NCBI GenBank assembly: GCA_951406725.2
Contig: OX597828.1
Coordinates: forward strand, 14,198,001 to 14,262,000
Direction of reading: 5' to 3'
Length of the DNA: 64,000 nt
DNA from: Octopus vulgaris
Lineage: Eukaryota
Made by a program: the position numbers and the translations under genes. The notes beneath the pieces are model-generated. The model made no database searches. It had not been told where the DNA came from and saw nothing but the letters and a program-made list of their open reading frames with translations. This document shows, piece by piece, positions 1 through 12,574 of the stretch; position 1 is the first letter of the stretch; each line of letters begins with the position of its first letter.

Positions 1-137
1 TTACAATCACGAGTGCAACACCCTAACTACTAAGCCACACACTTCCACTAACACATATATAGTGTCTTGCTTGGAATTGAACTCAGAACCTCTAGTTAAC
101 TATATTGCATTAACCACTGCCTTCCTCCACAAAAATT
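1..137 (-). repeat. Inverted copy of 4909-5051 (composite of two SINE heads)
   Basis: Reverse complement matches 4909-5051 with few differences, including the junction between the two SINE pieces. Confidence 0.85.
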
Positions 138-373
138 ATATACATGGAAATTGGATGAAGCTCCAGCTGTACAAGTCCTAGGGCTTGAAGTCTATCCCCC
201 TTAGCCCTAAATTTTGTACTGTACTGTGCTGTACATCAGTCCATGTCTAGCATCAGATTTGTCAGGTTTTATATTATTCTTTTATATATCTTTGTCTTCT
301 CAGCAGTTGTTTTCTATAAGGTTTCCAACCAGCAATCCTTTCAATATCTTTCCATTATTTATTCTCAATGGGT

Positions 374-679
374 GTGGAGGCGCAATGGCCCAGTGGTTAG
401 GGTAGCAGATTCACAGTCGTAGGATCACGGTTTTGATTCCCAGACAGGGCGTTGTGAGTGTTTATTGAGCAAAAACACCTAATTCTCCACGAGGCTCCGG
501 CAGGGGGTGGTGGCGATCCCTGCTGTACTCTTTCGCCACAACTTTCTCTCACTCTTTCTTCTGTTGGCCTGCTCGCTTAGCCAGCGAGGTGGCGTCATTT
601 GAAGGCTAAAACAATGCGAAACGCATTGTGACCAGCGATGTGTAACAACATCTGATAGCCTGGTCGGTCATGGTGATAT
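374..679 (+). mobile_element. tRNA-derived SINE, near full length
   Basis: A-box TGGCCCAGTGG, B-box-like GGTTTTGATTCC, 7-bp target duplication AATGGGT (367-373/680-686). Confidence 0.8.
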
Positions 680-944
680 AATGGGTACAAGCATGATTGT
701 GTAGTTCAAGAGTTTTTAGTCCCACTGCATCTAATCCAAAAGATTGGAAAAAGCCACTCAGAAGGCCTCCATGATGGGAAGACAATTTAATAAAACAATT
801 TGGGCCAAGGTGGAAAAGAATGGTGTAAACAAGACAGAATTGGAAGCACATTGTGACCATTAGTATATAACATTTGATAATCTGGTCAATATAGACAGAT
901 TAGTGGGAATATACACTCTTTATCTTCGCTTTTTAATTCAGAAA

Positions 945-1006
945 AAAAAATAAAATAAAATGAACAACAAAACACATTTGTATATATATTAGCAAAAAAA
1001 TTTATT
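945..1006 (-). terminator. Polyadenylation signal AATAAA (1001-1006) with downstream GU/U-rich element
   Basis: Minus-strand AATAAA followed ~25 nt later by TGTGTTTTGTTGTTCATTTTATTTT; proximal AATAAA also near 1200, 1375 and 1505. Confidence 0.7.
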
Positions 1007-2060
1007 TTAATAGCATATCAAATTTGCATGCTTCTTAAAAAAAATTAAATTAAAAAATTTGATGGGTAATTTTTTTCCTCTCCCCCTCCTCTCTCTCCCT
1101 TCCTAGTGGCATTACCAGAAGATAGGCGTAATTAATTAGGGTCACGTTGTAAGACAGGGAGGTTAGGAGGTATTCCAGTCTGAACTTTGATTGTGCTTTT
1201 ATTGAAGAACTTTTAACGGAAAGAGATAGCATCAACTATAGATAGAAACACTAATAATAATAATAATTATTATTATATCAAAAATGAAAATAGCAACAAT
1301 GCAGGGAAAATAACTACACTAATAACATCTCCCCCAACCTACCCTTCTGCCCAGCCCTGCATATCTTTCATTTTATTTTATTTTTATACATTTTCCTGCT
1401 ATCCTTGAAAATTTGTACAAATATAACTAACAAAAATAGTTTGATTTTCTTTATGTTTCCAATACATGTAAGAAAAAAAAAGGTAAAAATTATAAATTTC
1501 CTTTTATTAATCTCAATATTTCTTCAGCATTATAGAATATATATATATATATATATAGATAAAAAAAAATTGCAAAAAAAGTTTCAATTTTAAGACTAGA
1601 ATATAAAGCTCAGTAACAGTAATTGCTTGTAAGGAAAGCTTAATCCAATAAATATAATTTGTCAAGGTGGACAAGCGAAACTGCGAGGAAATCAACAGAA
1701 GTATTATATATTTATAAAAAAAAAAAAAAGCACCATTTTCAAAAAAAAAATAAAAGGAAAAAATATAGCAAATTGAATATATTTTGTAACAAATTATTTT
1801 GTTTTCATCTGTTGGATGAGGAAGCTTCAAAATATAATCGAATTGATGGGTAGCATCATTGGCTGAAACTGGTTTCTTGAGATTCAGATATTAATCCGAC
1901 AGTGATGTTGGTGTGTCATGGTTCACTCCGCGTGCACTCAAAAAAAAGTTACAAAGGTTACTCTCGGAAGTTGACAGGGGAAGTCATGAAAAGGAAGTGG
2001 CGAGGGTGGGGGTCATTTAACAAAATTGGGAAAAATAAGAGGATGGGAGGTAAGATTGGT
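985..2060 (-). other. FLNA: Filamin 3'UTR (approximate 3' end)
   Basis: Transposon-free, U-rich sequence between the stop codon and the distal AATAAA. Confidence 0.7.
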
Positions 2061-2248
2061 TCACTGAACTTTTACACAGAATGGACTGCCAGGGATATGA
2101 TCATCGCCCCATTTCACCATCAGCATATATTCTCCGACTTCCTGCACGAGATAAGACACATTGTACTGGTTATTTCCAAGATGCTTCACCACTAATTCCT
2201 CACAAGGTCCTTTGGGTCCTCGCATACCAACGAACATTATATTGACAC
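2061..2248 (-). CDS. FLNA: Filamin last coding exon (Ig24 dimerisation domain) with TGA stop
   Basis: Hand-translated [62 protein letters not shown]; matches the FLNA C-terminus VKWGDEHIPGSP. Confidence 0.96.
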
Positions 2249-3362
2249 CTGCAACAACAGAAGAGAGAAAACAAGTTTAATAGTGTTGAAACCAACTATG
2301 CTGGAGAGTACCCTACACATACAAGCTTCATACCATTCTGAATATTTCCTGGAAAGAACATCCTATCACACACACGCACAAGGGAGAGAGTGTTAATCCA
2401 TTAAATCTACTCCAGTGCTCGTCTAGTACTTCACCAACCTTGGATGAAAAGCAAAGTTGACCTCAACAAGATTCGAGGTCAGAAGATCTATTTATTTAGA
2501 CAAATGATAGAAAAATGAAATTAATGACATTCATTACTTAACCCTTTCGTTACTGTATTTATTTTGAGATGCTCTGTGTTTCTTTCAATTACTTTAAATA
2601 TAACAAAGAATTTAGTAAAATAACTTCATTATCATTAAGCTAGTGTTAGAAACATAAATTGTGACTAAGGTATGGTGGAAGATTTTCATTCAAAACTCAT
2701 GAAAACAAGACCTTTGTACTACAGAGCCAGAGCTGGTTTCAGCTGGGTTGGTAACAAAAGGGTTAAAAACCACTACAATTGATCTGATGCATTCTTGCAC
2801 CTGTAGTTCAAAAGTGCACAGTTATTTATCTTACATCCCACATGTAGAATGCACTTCCTTAGGTGATTGCTTAAATAAGTTCTTCATTAGATACTCTTGC
2901 ACATCTAGATACTCATTCAGCATTCTACAAGGTTTTCACAAGGATCTCTCTTAAATTTACATATCTCTGAATCATCATTTCAGGCCATTTTTCCATGCTG
3001 GCTTGCTCAATTCAACAGGATCCTCCAGTGAGTCAGATATAAATCCAATATTGGTGCACAGTGCAGTTTTCAATGTATAAATGTGCAAGGGTCCATATAA
3101 TATACACACATTACACATGCATATTTATGCTTGTGCATTAATTACAGACATATGTCGTGTTTTCCTGTCATTACCGCCCCTCTCCAACATTTTCCTAAAT
3201 CTCTTTGTCATTCCTTCAATTCCTCACTCTGGCCCTTTTTATTGACACTGGTTACTTCCCCATTTCCCGTCTTTCTCACTAATCCCAATATATTAATCAG
3301 TTAACTTTCTTCTTCCAGTTCTCTCTGATGAAAAAACCGACTTCATTCCTTCCTCACAGTAC

Positions 3363-3421
<59 letters not shown>

Positions 3422-6400
3422 CAGTGTTCTCATTTGTTTTACTAGTCACTGGTTTCTTTGGATTCTATTGTTTTACTATCCAAAAGATGGAGCATCTTTT
3501 ACACACTTATGGAAACCAGAAATAAGAACTATTTCTTAAGAGAGACATAAGCCAAAGAGCAAGCTTAAAAATCGTCCACAAAATCTGTGGCCCTCAGCTA
3601 ATGTTAAAAATCATATAAAGTGAAAAGTGACAAAGTACTTACCAGCATTGGTAGTATCAATGGTGAAAGTGTTAGCCTTGCCACGAACTGCACTGTTTAA
3701 TCCATTACCACGAGCAACAACTTTACTGGGATCAGACTGGTATTGCTGTACACCACTGAAGCGAGTAGTTGTGCTGGTTTTAGTGACAGTCTCTACAACA
3801 ACTGAAGCTTGCTCATGGAATCCAGAAGCATGGCCATCACCTAAAAACAGAAACAAAATGAAAATTTTAAAACATTTGCGATTTAAGTTTACTACATTGC
3901 ATATAACACCTACATTGTTAACAGTTTTGGGATTTTTATATATGAAGGAAACAACAAAATTGAAAGCTTGGATGAGCTCTAACGATTTAGCATTCAGTCT
4001 GCTGAGTCAAATGGAATTCTTAATTTATTCACCATTTTGAATAAATCCCACATTATCATGTAGCTTCAAGGTTTTAATGATGTCATTATTATTTTCAGAA
4101 TGACATTGTCAGGTAGGTGAGAGATGCCAGATCTGGCCAATTTGAACATAAGACAAGTAGTCCTTTAGCATTTAAGCTAGTCATATCTGGCCTAAATATT
4201 CTAAGGATTCTTCACATCATTACATTATAGCATTGGTGGTTGTTTCTCAATTCACATTTCAATAACTTACTTGTAGCCAAACTCAGTAAACTGAATATTT
4301 AATATCTGAATTTCAAATTATCCAGGGTCTCAATGTTTAGTATAGCTTCTTTTAAGATCAAATCACATATCTAAACAATCAGTTATTCAATCAAAATGTG
4401 CTGCCTGTTTCATTCAGATAATCAATGTTCAATTGTATAATTTAAAAGGTTTTTATCTTTTTTTTTTTTTTTAATACATCACATACACTCCTTATACTTG
4501 TTTAATCATCACTCATTCATGAGAATAGACCCGATAGCTTATGCCATACTTTTAGTAGCTGTTTCGGTTACCTGTTTAGTTGCAAGAAGACACAAACACT
4601 CTTGGCCTTCCCATCCTTCATTCAATGGAAAATGAAAGATATAACAACTGGAAAGGGAGAGAGTGACACCAGCAATGTGAAATGAAGTGCTTTTACTCAA
4701 AGACATATTGACCAATCCAGGAGCAAAAAGAAAAAAAAAAGGGTCCTTCTCAAGTTGTACCAACTCATAAGGGCTGGTTTCCTGGTGCATGCATCAGAAT
4801 TTTTTATTTGGAACATAACCCTTTATTTGATGCAAAGGCATACACTTTTCTCATTCCACTCTGTTTTTCATGGCATTTTTCACTTCAGTTGATTTTTTTT
4901 TTTTTACCAATTTTTGTGGAAGAAGGCAGTGGTTAATGCAATATTGTTAACTAGAGGTTCTGAGTTCAATTCCAAGCAAGACACTATATATGTGTATGTG
5001 TTAGTGGAAGTGTGTGGCTTAGTAGTTAGGGTGTTGTACTCATGATTGTAAGATTGTGGTTTCAATTCCTGGACTGGGCAACACATTGTGTTCTTGAGCA
5101 AAGCATTTCATTTCACATTGCTCCAGTCCATTCAGTTTGTAAAAATGAGTTATGATCATAAGCCCAACACACAAGCTACTGGGCCACACACCTTTACATA
5201 GCACATGGCAAAAAAAGATTTTCCTTTTTGCAGATATTTTAGTGCAGAGCAGAACTCAATACCTAGAGAAATGCTTTCAGGAAGTAATTTAAAAAAAAAT
5301 TTTTTTATAATGCTTCAAATTCTTCTTGACATGATATTTAGAAGATGTTAATATACGACAGTTTGAAATACAAAGTTGACCTCTTAAATTTGGCATTCTT
5401 TGGTCTAGCAGATTTTGAATCTGAAACTGGTAATATCTATATATATATATATAAAAAAAAAAAAAAAAAAAAAAAAACTTCTCCAAAACTTTGCATGGCA
5501 GCATTAATATTTGTTTTGGGTTTTGTTTAAGCTTCATTCTAGCTTTGGTAAGACACATGCACTATATCATATATAGTGTATGCCTGTATAAATATAGTCA
5601 TCCCATTTCTCTCTTTCAGAGTCATCCCATTTCTCTCTTTCAGATATATATATATATATATATCTCTGAAAGAGAGAAATGGGATGACTATATTTATACA
5701 CAGGCATCCCTTAAGGGGGCTATCTGTTTTTTGGCATTTTTTCATTGATTGGCAACAGCCAGGATGCAAGGTTGATAGATTTGAGAGAGAAAGAGAAGAA
5801 AAAGAGAGATAGAGAAAAGAGAGATAGAGATAGAGAAAAGAGAGATAGAGAGAGAGAAAAGAGAGAGAGAGCAAGAGAGAGAGAGAGAGCGAGAGAGCGA
5901 GAGAGCGAGAGAGCGAGAGAGAGCGAGAGAGAGCGAGAGAGCGAGAGAGCGAGTGAGAGAGAGAGCGAGAGAGAGAGAGAGCGAGAAAAAGAGAGCCTAC
6001 CTGTAATCTTTGCTTTGAATGGAGAACCAGCAATACCAACGCCACCATAGCGGATATTAATAAGATAGTCTCCGGGTGCTGTTGGTGTGTAGCTGAATTC
6101 ATATCCTTCTTCAACTTCTCGGCAATCTAATTTCACCTTAGATGGGCCTTCAACAGTAACGGCTAATGCACCAGAGCCGGCATTAACTGTGCTAATTATG
6201 AATTTGGCTACTTGACCTACAAAAACGAAATTCAAACCACATTAAGCCTTTCATTTACACTGTAGGTATTTAGCAACAGCTTAATACCTTTGCAACCATA
6301 CATCAAGAAATATATTACCTAGAGGGTTTTAAATTAACTTTTTTATTTTTTGAATGCAAAATTATTAAAAGATGAGTAATTTAAAATGAGCTTTTGCCTT

Positions 6401-8924
6401 ATAAAATTAGGTATGGTCTTAGGTGAATTGCTGTCAAAGAGTTTATTAGAAAGTTAACTGCCATCTCTGAAAATGGACTCCAATGGCATAAAAGTAAAAT
6501 CTACTAAAATATTTTTTTACATTTAAAATGCTATATCCCTGCCCAACACAAACATATCTTAATTTTAGATACATTTATACAAGGTAATATAGAAATTATA
6601 TATTTCATTAAAATATGAAATTCAATTTTGTTTTGGGATTTGGTTTGCCAGATTCTTTATACGAGTTGTATGTTGATGCATATTCTGTTGTGTCTGGGGA
6701 GAGTCATTTTCTTTTTGTGCCTTACAATTTAACACACACACACACAGGTAAAATTTCCAATTATTTCTTATTTCTATTTTCCTAAAATTTTCGTTGTGTC
6801 TTTCAACCTTTTCAATAAGGTGAGTGTGTTAAATTATAAAGCACAAAAAGAAAATGACTCTCCACAAACACAACAGAATATGAAATTTAAATTTTCTGTT
6901 TATTATCCTGAAATTAAATTTTTAAATAATCTGCAAAAATCCTTTAAAATAATCCATATTTAAAAAATTTTTTCATTTAGAATACAAAGTTCCATCAAAA
7001 TTGACCATAACAAATAATATGTTCTTAAATGGATTTAGAGAGAAAAAATTTGGAGGAAACTAAACTGGAAACTTGTTTGAACGAATCAAGAAGTTTAATA
7101 TAGGGACAGGTGTGGCTGAGTGGTTAAGAAGCTTGCTTCCCAACCACATGGTTCCAGGTACAGTTGCAAATACTATAGCCTCACATCGACTGTCTTGCAA
7201 GTAGATTTGGTAGAGGAAAACTGAAAGGAAGCTCATTGTGAGTGGTACTCCACAACTGCTTAGTTTATTTACATCCCCATAACTTAGAGGTTCAACAAAA
7301 AGACCAATAAAATAAGTACCATGCTTTAAAATACAAAAAAAGGTATTGGGTTTGATTTATTCAACTAGAAACACTTGAAGGTGGTGCCCCAGCATGGCTG
7401 CATTGTAATGACTGAGAGAAAAGATTTAACAATTTCCTTCAAATTTCTAGCAAACAGAACTAGCTTCCAAGTCAGAGCCATCTTAGCATCACTATAGGAC
7501 TTCAGGGACTGCTGGGAAACAGCCTAGTGTACCCATGCCTTAAGACAATATTGCTCCAAGTCAAAGACTAATTAGTTACTTACGTGTGCGTCCTTGATAT
7601 AAGCCTTCTCCGTAAGCAGTGACCCTTCCTGGATCAGCATCAACTTTACCAACAAGTACTCTGAAAGGACTGCCTGGGATATGACAACCATCGAAAGTAA
7701 CATGGACAAGGTGAGTTCCATTTTCTTTAGGGATGAAACTGACAGCATATTCACCTTAAAAAGAGAAAAAACAAATTAATAAGTAGCAGAGGTATTTGTA
7801 GTTTGCCTAATTATATAAATATTTTTATAAGCAAAAGGGTGAACCAATATTTTGATTGTCTTAATTCAAAAAACTAAAGATATTCTGAAACGGAAAAAGA
7901 ATAATGAAAAACTTAAACTATAAAAACTAAAGTAATAAATGAGAAACTCTGCAAGTTTATATATAATATAGCACAAGGTTTTAAAATATCTTTAAAGCCA
8001 AAGCTACATGATGTTAAATAGACGAAAAAAGAAAATATTCATTAAGTGCTGGTGTGCATTAAGCAATTTTTCTTTTTGTTTTTACTCGTTGCATAAAAAC
8101 TGTTCACATGTGGAATCATTTACAGGATTAAACAAATATTTTTTTTTTTTAAGTAACAACAAAAAGTAAAACAATATCAAAAGCTTCATTATGATGAAAA
8201 ATATAGCCATGCTGCATAAGATATTACACATTAAAGACAACAAAAACAAGAAAAAAAAAAGAGAAATGATTAATTACTAGCTGTATAACTAAAGTGTCTA
8301 GACCAAAATGCCATTGTATTAACTTTAAATTTTCCTTTTTTTAAAATGCCAAACTATGTATATGTGTGTGAGTGTGTGTGTGAGTGTGTGTATGGGTGTG
8401 TGTGTGTATGTACACACATACATAAAATGAAGGTATACTGAAATATAATTAGGTTAAACTAGATCATCGTTTATATATCTGAATCAAAAGATCCCCAGGT
8501 TCACAGATAATCTCCTGTGTTTAACTGCCACCCCACTCCGCGTGTTGAATCTCCCAATGGCCTAAGATTTTGCTCAAAATAAACTTCCCACAGGAGCAAT
8601 AGAACTTAGTACTGTAGGTTAACAGAGTCTCATTGCAGTGCTGGTGCCTACAGCAGTGAATTATACCACCCAACAAGAGTCTCGAGATGGTTGGTTGATC
8701 TGCTAGAAATATCAGCTAAATCTTACTCAAAAATCACACCAAACCATTTTTGAAAAGAAAGTTGCATTGCATTTTATAATACACTATGCTTAAAAATGAG
8801 CTACTCACCTCCAGGGCTAAACTGATATCAATCAGCCATAAAAGATCTCAATATATAAAGACAAATGGTGCTCTTAGTACAATCTTTGTGAAAGTCAGAC
8901 TTAACCAATGCTACATAAATATTA

Positions 8925-8963
<39 letters not shown>

Positions 8964-11900
8964 AAAGACAAGTCCAGCTTTCTGTCAGACCAATACTTTG
9001 AATTAAAGCTAAAAACTCACTAAAATTTTCTCTCACAAGCCACATTAAATGGTTTTAATTTCTACAAAGTTTTCAAATATCTTGAGAGAGAAAGAATTGG
9101 CAGAGAGAGCGAACAAATACTAATTTATTACCACCATAGAGTATCTAGTGGGGGTACATGGCTTTGTGGTTAGGTGTTGGACTTATGGCTGTAAGATTGT
9201 AGTTTCAATTTCTGGACTGGGCAATGAGTTGTGTTCTTGAGCAAGGCACTTCATGTTGTTCCAGTCCACTCAGTTGGTAAAAATGAGTAATCCTGCAATG
9301 GGCTAGCATCCTATCCAGGAAGGAATATATACGCCCGAGAAACCAGGAAATCAAGCCCTTGCTTTTAGCAGAGTAATGTGGACCTACCCACTAACACGGA
9401 TTTTGTTTTTCATTTGTAAGTCAAAGGTAAAAAAAATATTATCTGAGCTGTTGTATATCTAACAATGGCAGATAGACATATTTAAATTAGTTTTACTTAA
9501 AAAACAAAATTGTAGATAAAATTAATAAACAAAATGTTAATGGTTTAAAATGAACTACAGTTTACTCTAAAGATTGAAACACAGCAGAATGTAAATTTAA
9601 ACAAAAATAAGTGATTATATGTGACACATAAGCAATGTATAAGAAGGCCAAATAAAAATGTACACCAGTATCATGTCAGAGAGAAATAACCCTAATTTGT
9701 GATACATCTTAATGGCGAAAATGAAGTTTTATATATGTGTATATATAGGAAAATAAAATACAAGTTATCTGTATTGAGATAAACAAGAAGTTTCACAATG
9801 TCTGTTTATACACCATGAAGTTATCAGTATGTCTACATACAGTTAAATGTTATGTATCTTTTCCTATATATATATATATATCTTGGTGCATAATTATTGT
9901 GGCTTTTTTCAACAAATTTTATTCAACAAAAATAACATGTAACAAAAACATCTTTAAATGATTATTCTGGAGCATATTCACCATCTACTTCAATTACTGC
10001 TTTCTATTTGCTTGGCAGACAGTCAGACCGTCATTTAAAGAGGTTTTTGTTAAATATTGTTATTGTTTTTTTGAATAAAATTTGAAAAAAAGCTGCAATA
10101 ATTATGCACCAACCCAACAGATTCCATACTTTCAATCATATCAAATCCCGCTTATGCAAAAGAACAAATTAAAATAGCCATCTGTGTATCATACCTAATG
10201 TAAATACATAATGAAACGGTAAATTAACTGTGGTATTTGTCCAGAGATAACATCTCTGATGGATGGGCATGCTTGCCTTTCAACTATTTATATTAAGTAT
10301 GATACAGATATGGCTGTTCATACTAATGACAGGATGTGTTTGTATGCATGCATGTGCATTAATGGTAACAAATGGCAGAAACTATCATCTTTAATTTTCA
10401 ATTAACTATATACATGTTAGGAAACTATGTATAGTTGAATGGTTAAGAAATTCACTTGGTGATTACAAGGTTCTGAGTTCAATTCCACTGCAAGATATCG
10501 TGGGCAGGTGTCATTTTCTATATGCTCAGATTACCTTGTGTCTAGCAAGTGTAACTGGAGAGACAGGAACTGCATGGAGGCCTGTCAGATGGAATGTATC
10601 TGACAGTCAAAAGGTTCAGCTTTGTCATGCCGATTCCATATCAGAATTACTTATATAAGAAAATACTTATGTGTATGAGATACTCAGCCACTTATATGAC
10701 AATTCAATGTACTTGGTAGTTCAGTTAATGGAAAAACTGAAAACATATTGTTAGAAATTCTGGCCAACATCATAGTTTTAAGACCTGTCTTGCGGATGCT
10801 CTGGGATGCATAGTCAGTGAAGTTTCTGGGGTCTCAGAGTTTTGGGTTTTGCCCAGTTGACCCAGCTAGGATTGATCAAGTTCCAGCCAGTATACCAATA
10901 GCAGTAGACAGCCAGCCAGCTCTCTTTATCCCAAAAAGTCACCTAGTGGCCTTCTCTACAGATTCAGCGATAGAATTCATAGTTTCACTCTTTGATGCAC
11001 CAGTAACTCCAAGCCCAATCGGGACACCAATAGATCACGCTATGAGACCTAGGAAGTTGTAAGAAATTGAGCCACAGTATTAACTGGATGAATTAAGCGT
11101 GACACTAGTGGAGAGTATATTAATATTTTTAATAATTAGGTACCTGTACACTATCACCTGGGCCTGCTGTAATCATTTAAATGTGGTATAAAATGTAATA
11201 TAAGTGTGTGTGTGTGTGTGCGTGAGTGTATCTCAAATCTAAAGCAGCAGGTTTAAGGTAGTGAAGGAAGAGGAAATGACTAAGTTGCTGAGGTTTAAGA
11301 ATTTATGACAGATTTGATGATAAGCAGGTGTACAATAGCCAAAATTAATTAACATGATGCAAATTAATGATGGTTGCTAACAAAAATGTTTATATGAAAA
11401 ACAATGCAAAAGTAAAAAAAAAATGAAATACAAATTATGTGCATATACACACGCATGCATGCACATACACACAAAATATAATTTGTGAAAATGTGTCCTG
11501 TAAAGTGATTAAGGTAATTATGTTAATATTCAGTATGTGTAAGTGTGTATATATATATATACATATATATACATATATATATACACACAGACACACACAA
11601 ACATACATACACTTATGTCTGAGGAAGACCAGCATTGCCCATTAAAACTGCTTATAACAGACTCTTTTAAAGTCTACTAAGCTCTTATGCGTCTTTTGGG
11701 CAGACTTTATACAGAAAGAAGCAAATGTGAATATCAGTATGAAAGATGAATGCCTCTAATCTGATATTAAATTTGCAAATCTTCAAGTGCTGCATGTCAT
11801 ACAATCTTTTGTCAGGAACAGACAGAATTCAGCAATTTTTTTCTAACCTGACAGTTGTTGGTAACTAGTGAGCCTAGTCTTAGACATGTACACACACACA

Positions 11901-12060
11901 CACAAATATTATTTATATATATATATATATATATATCTTCAAGTGCTGCATGTCATACAATCTTTTGTCAGGAACAGACAGAATTCAGCAATTTTTTTCT
12001 AACCTGACAGTTGTTGGTAACTAGTGAGCCTAGTCTTAGACATGTACACACACACACACA

Positions 12061-12143
<83 letters not shown>

Positions 12144-12225
12144 TAAATAAAAATATATATATAAATAAATAAATATATATATATAAATAAATAAATAAAT
12201 AAATATATATATATATATAAATAAA

Positions 12226-12268
<43 letters not shown>

Positions 12269-12465
12269 TCGAACTGACAGGACAAATAAAACTCGATGAG
12301 TATACATGCATATTTTTTTTTAATTGGTAGATGTTATAAAAGTGACATAAGGGCCAGTAGTTTCAGACAAAGCACTTAAGTTTGGTCAGTGTTTTTGCAT
12401 GAAACTTTCCACTCTTATGTTACTTTGTAACTTCCACCGATTAATAATAAGTGTGTGTGTGTGTG

Positions 12466-12534
<69 letters not shown>

Positions 12535-12543
12535 CACATACAT

Positions 12544-12574
<31 letters not shown>

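Noticed and set aside
376-450. tRNA-like sequences with A and B boxes
   Set aside because: SINE heads continuing into SINE bodies; no complete cloverleaf
5539-6050. Long ORFs rich in SL or RE repeats
   Set aside because: Translations of the (GA)n microsatellite; only 6001-6216 is a real exon
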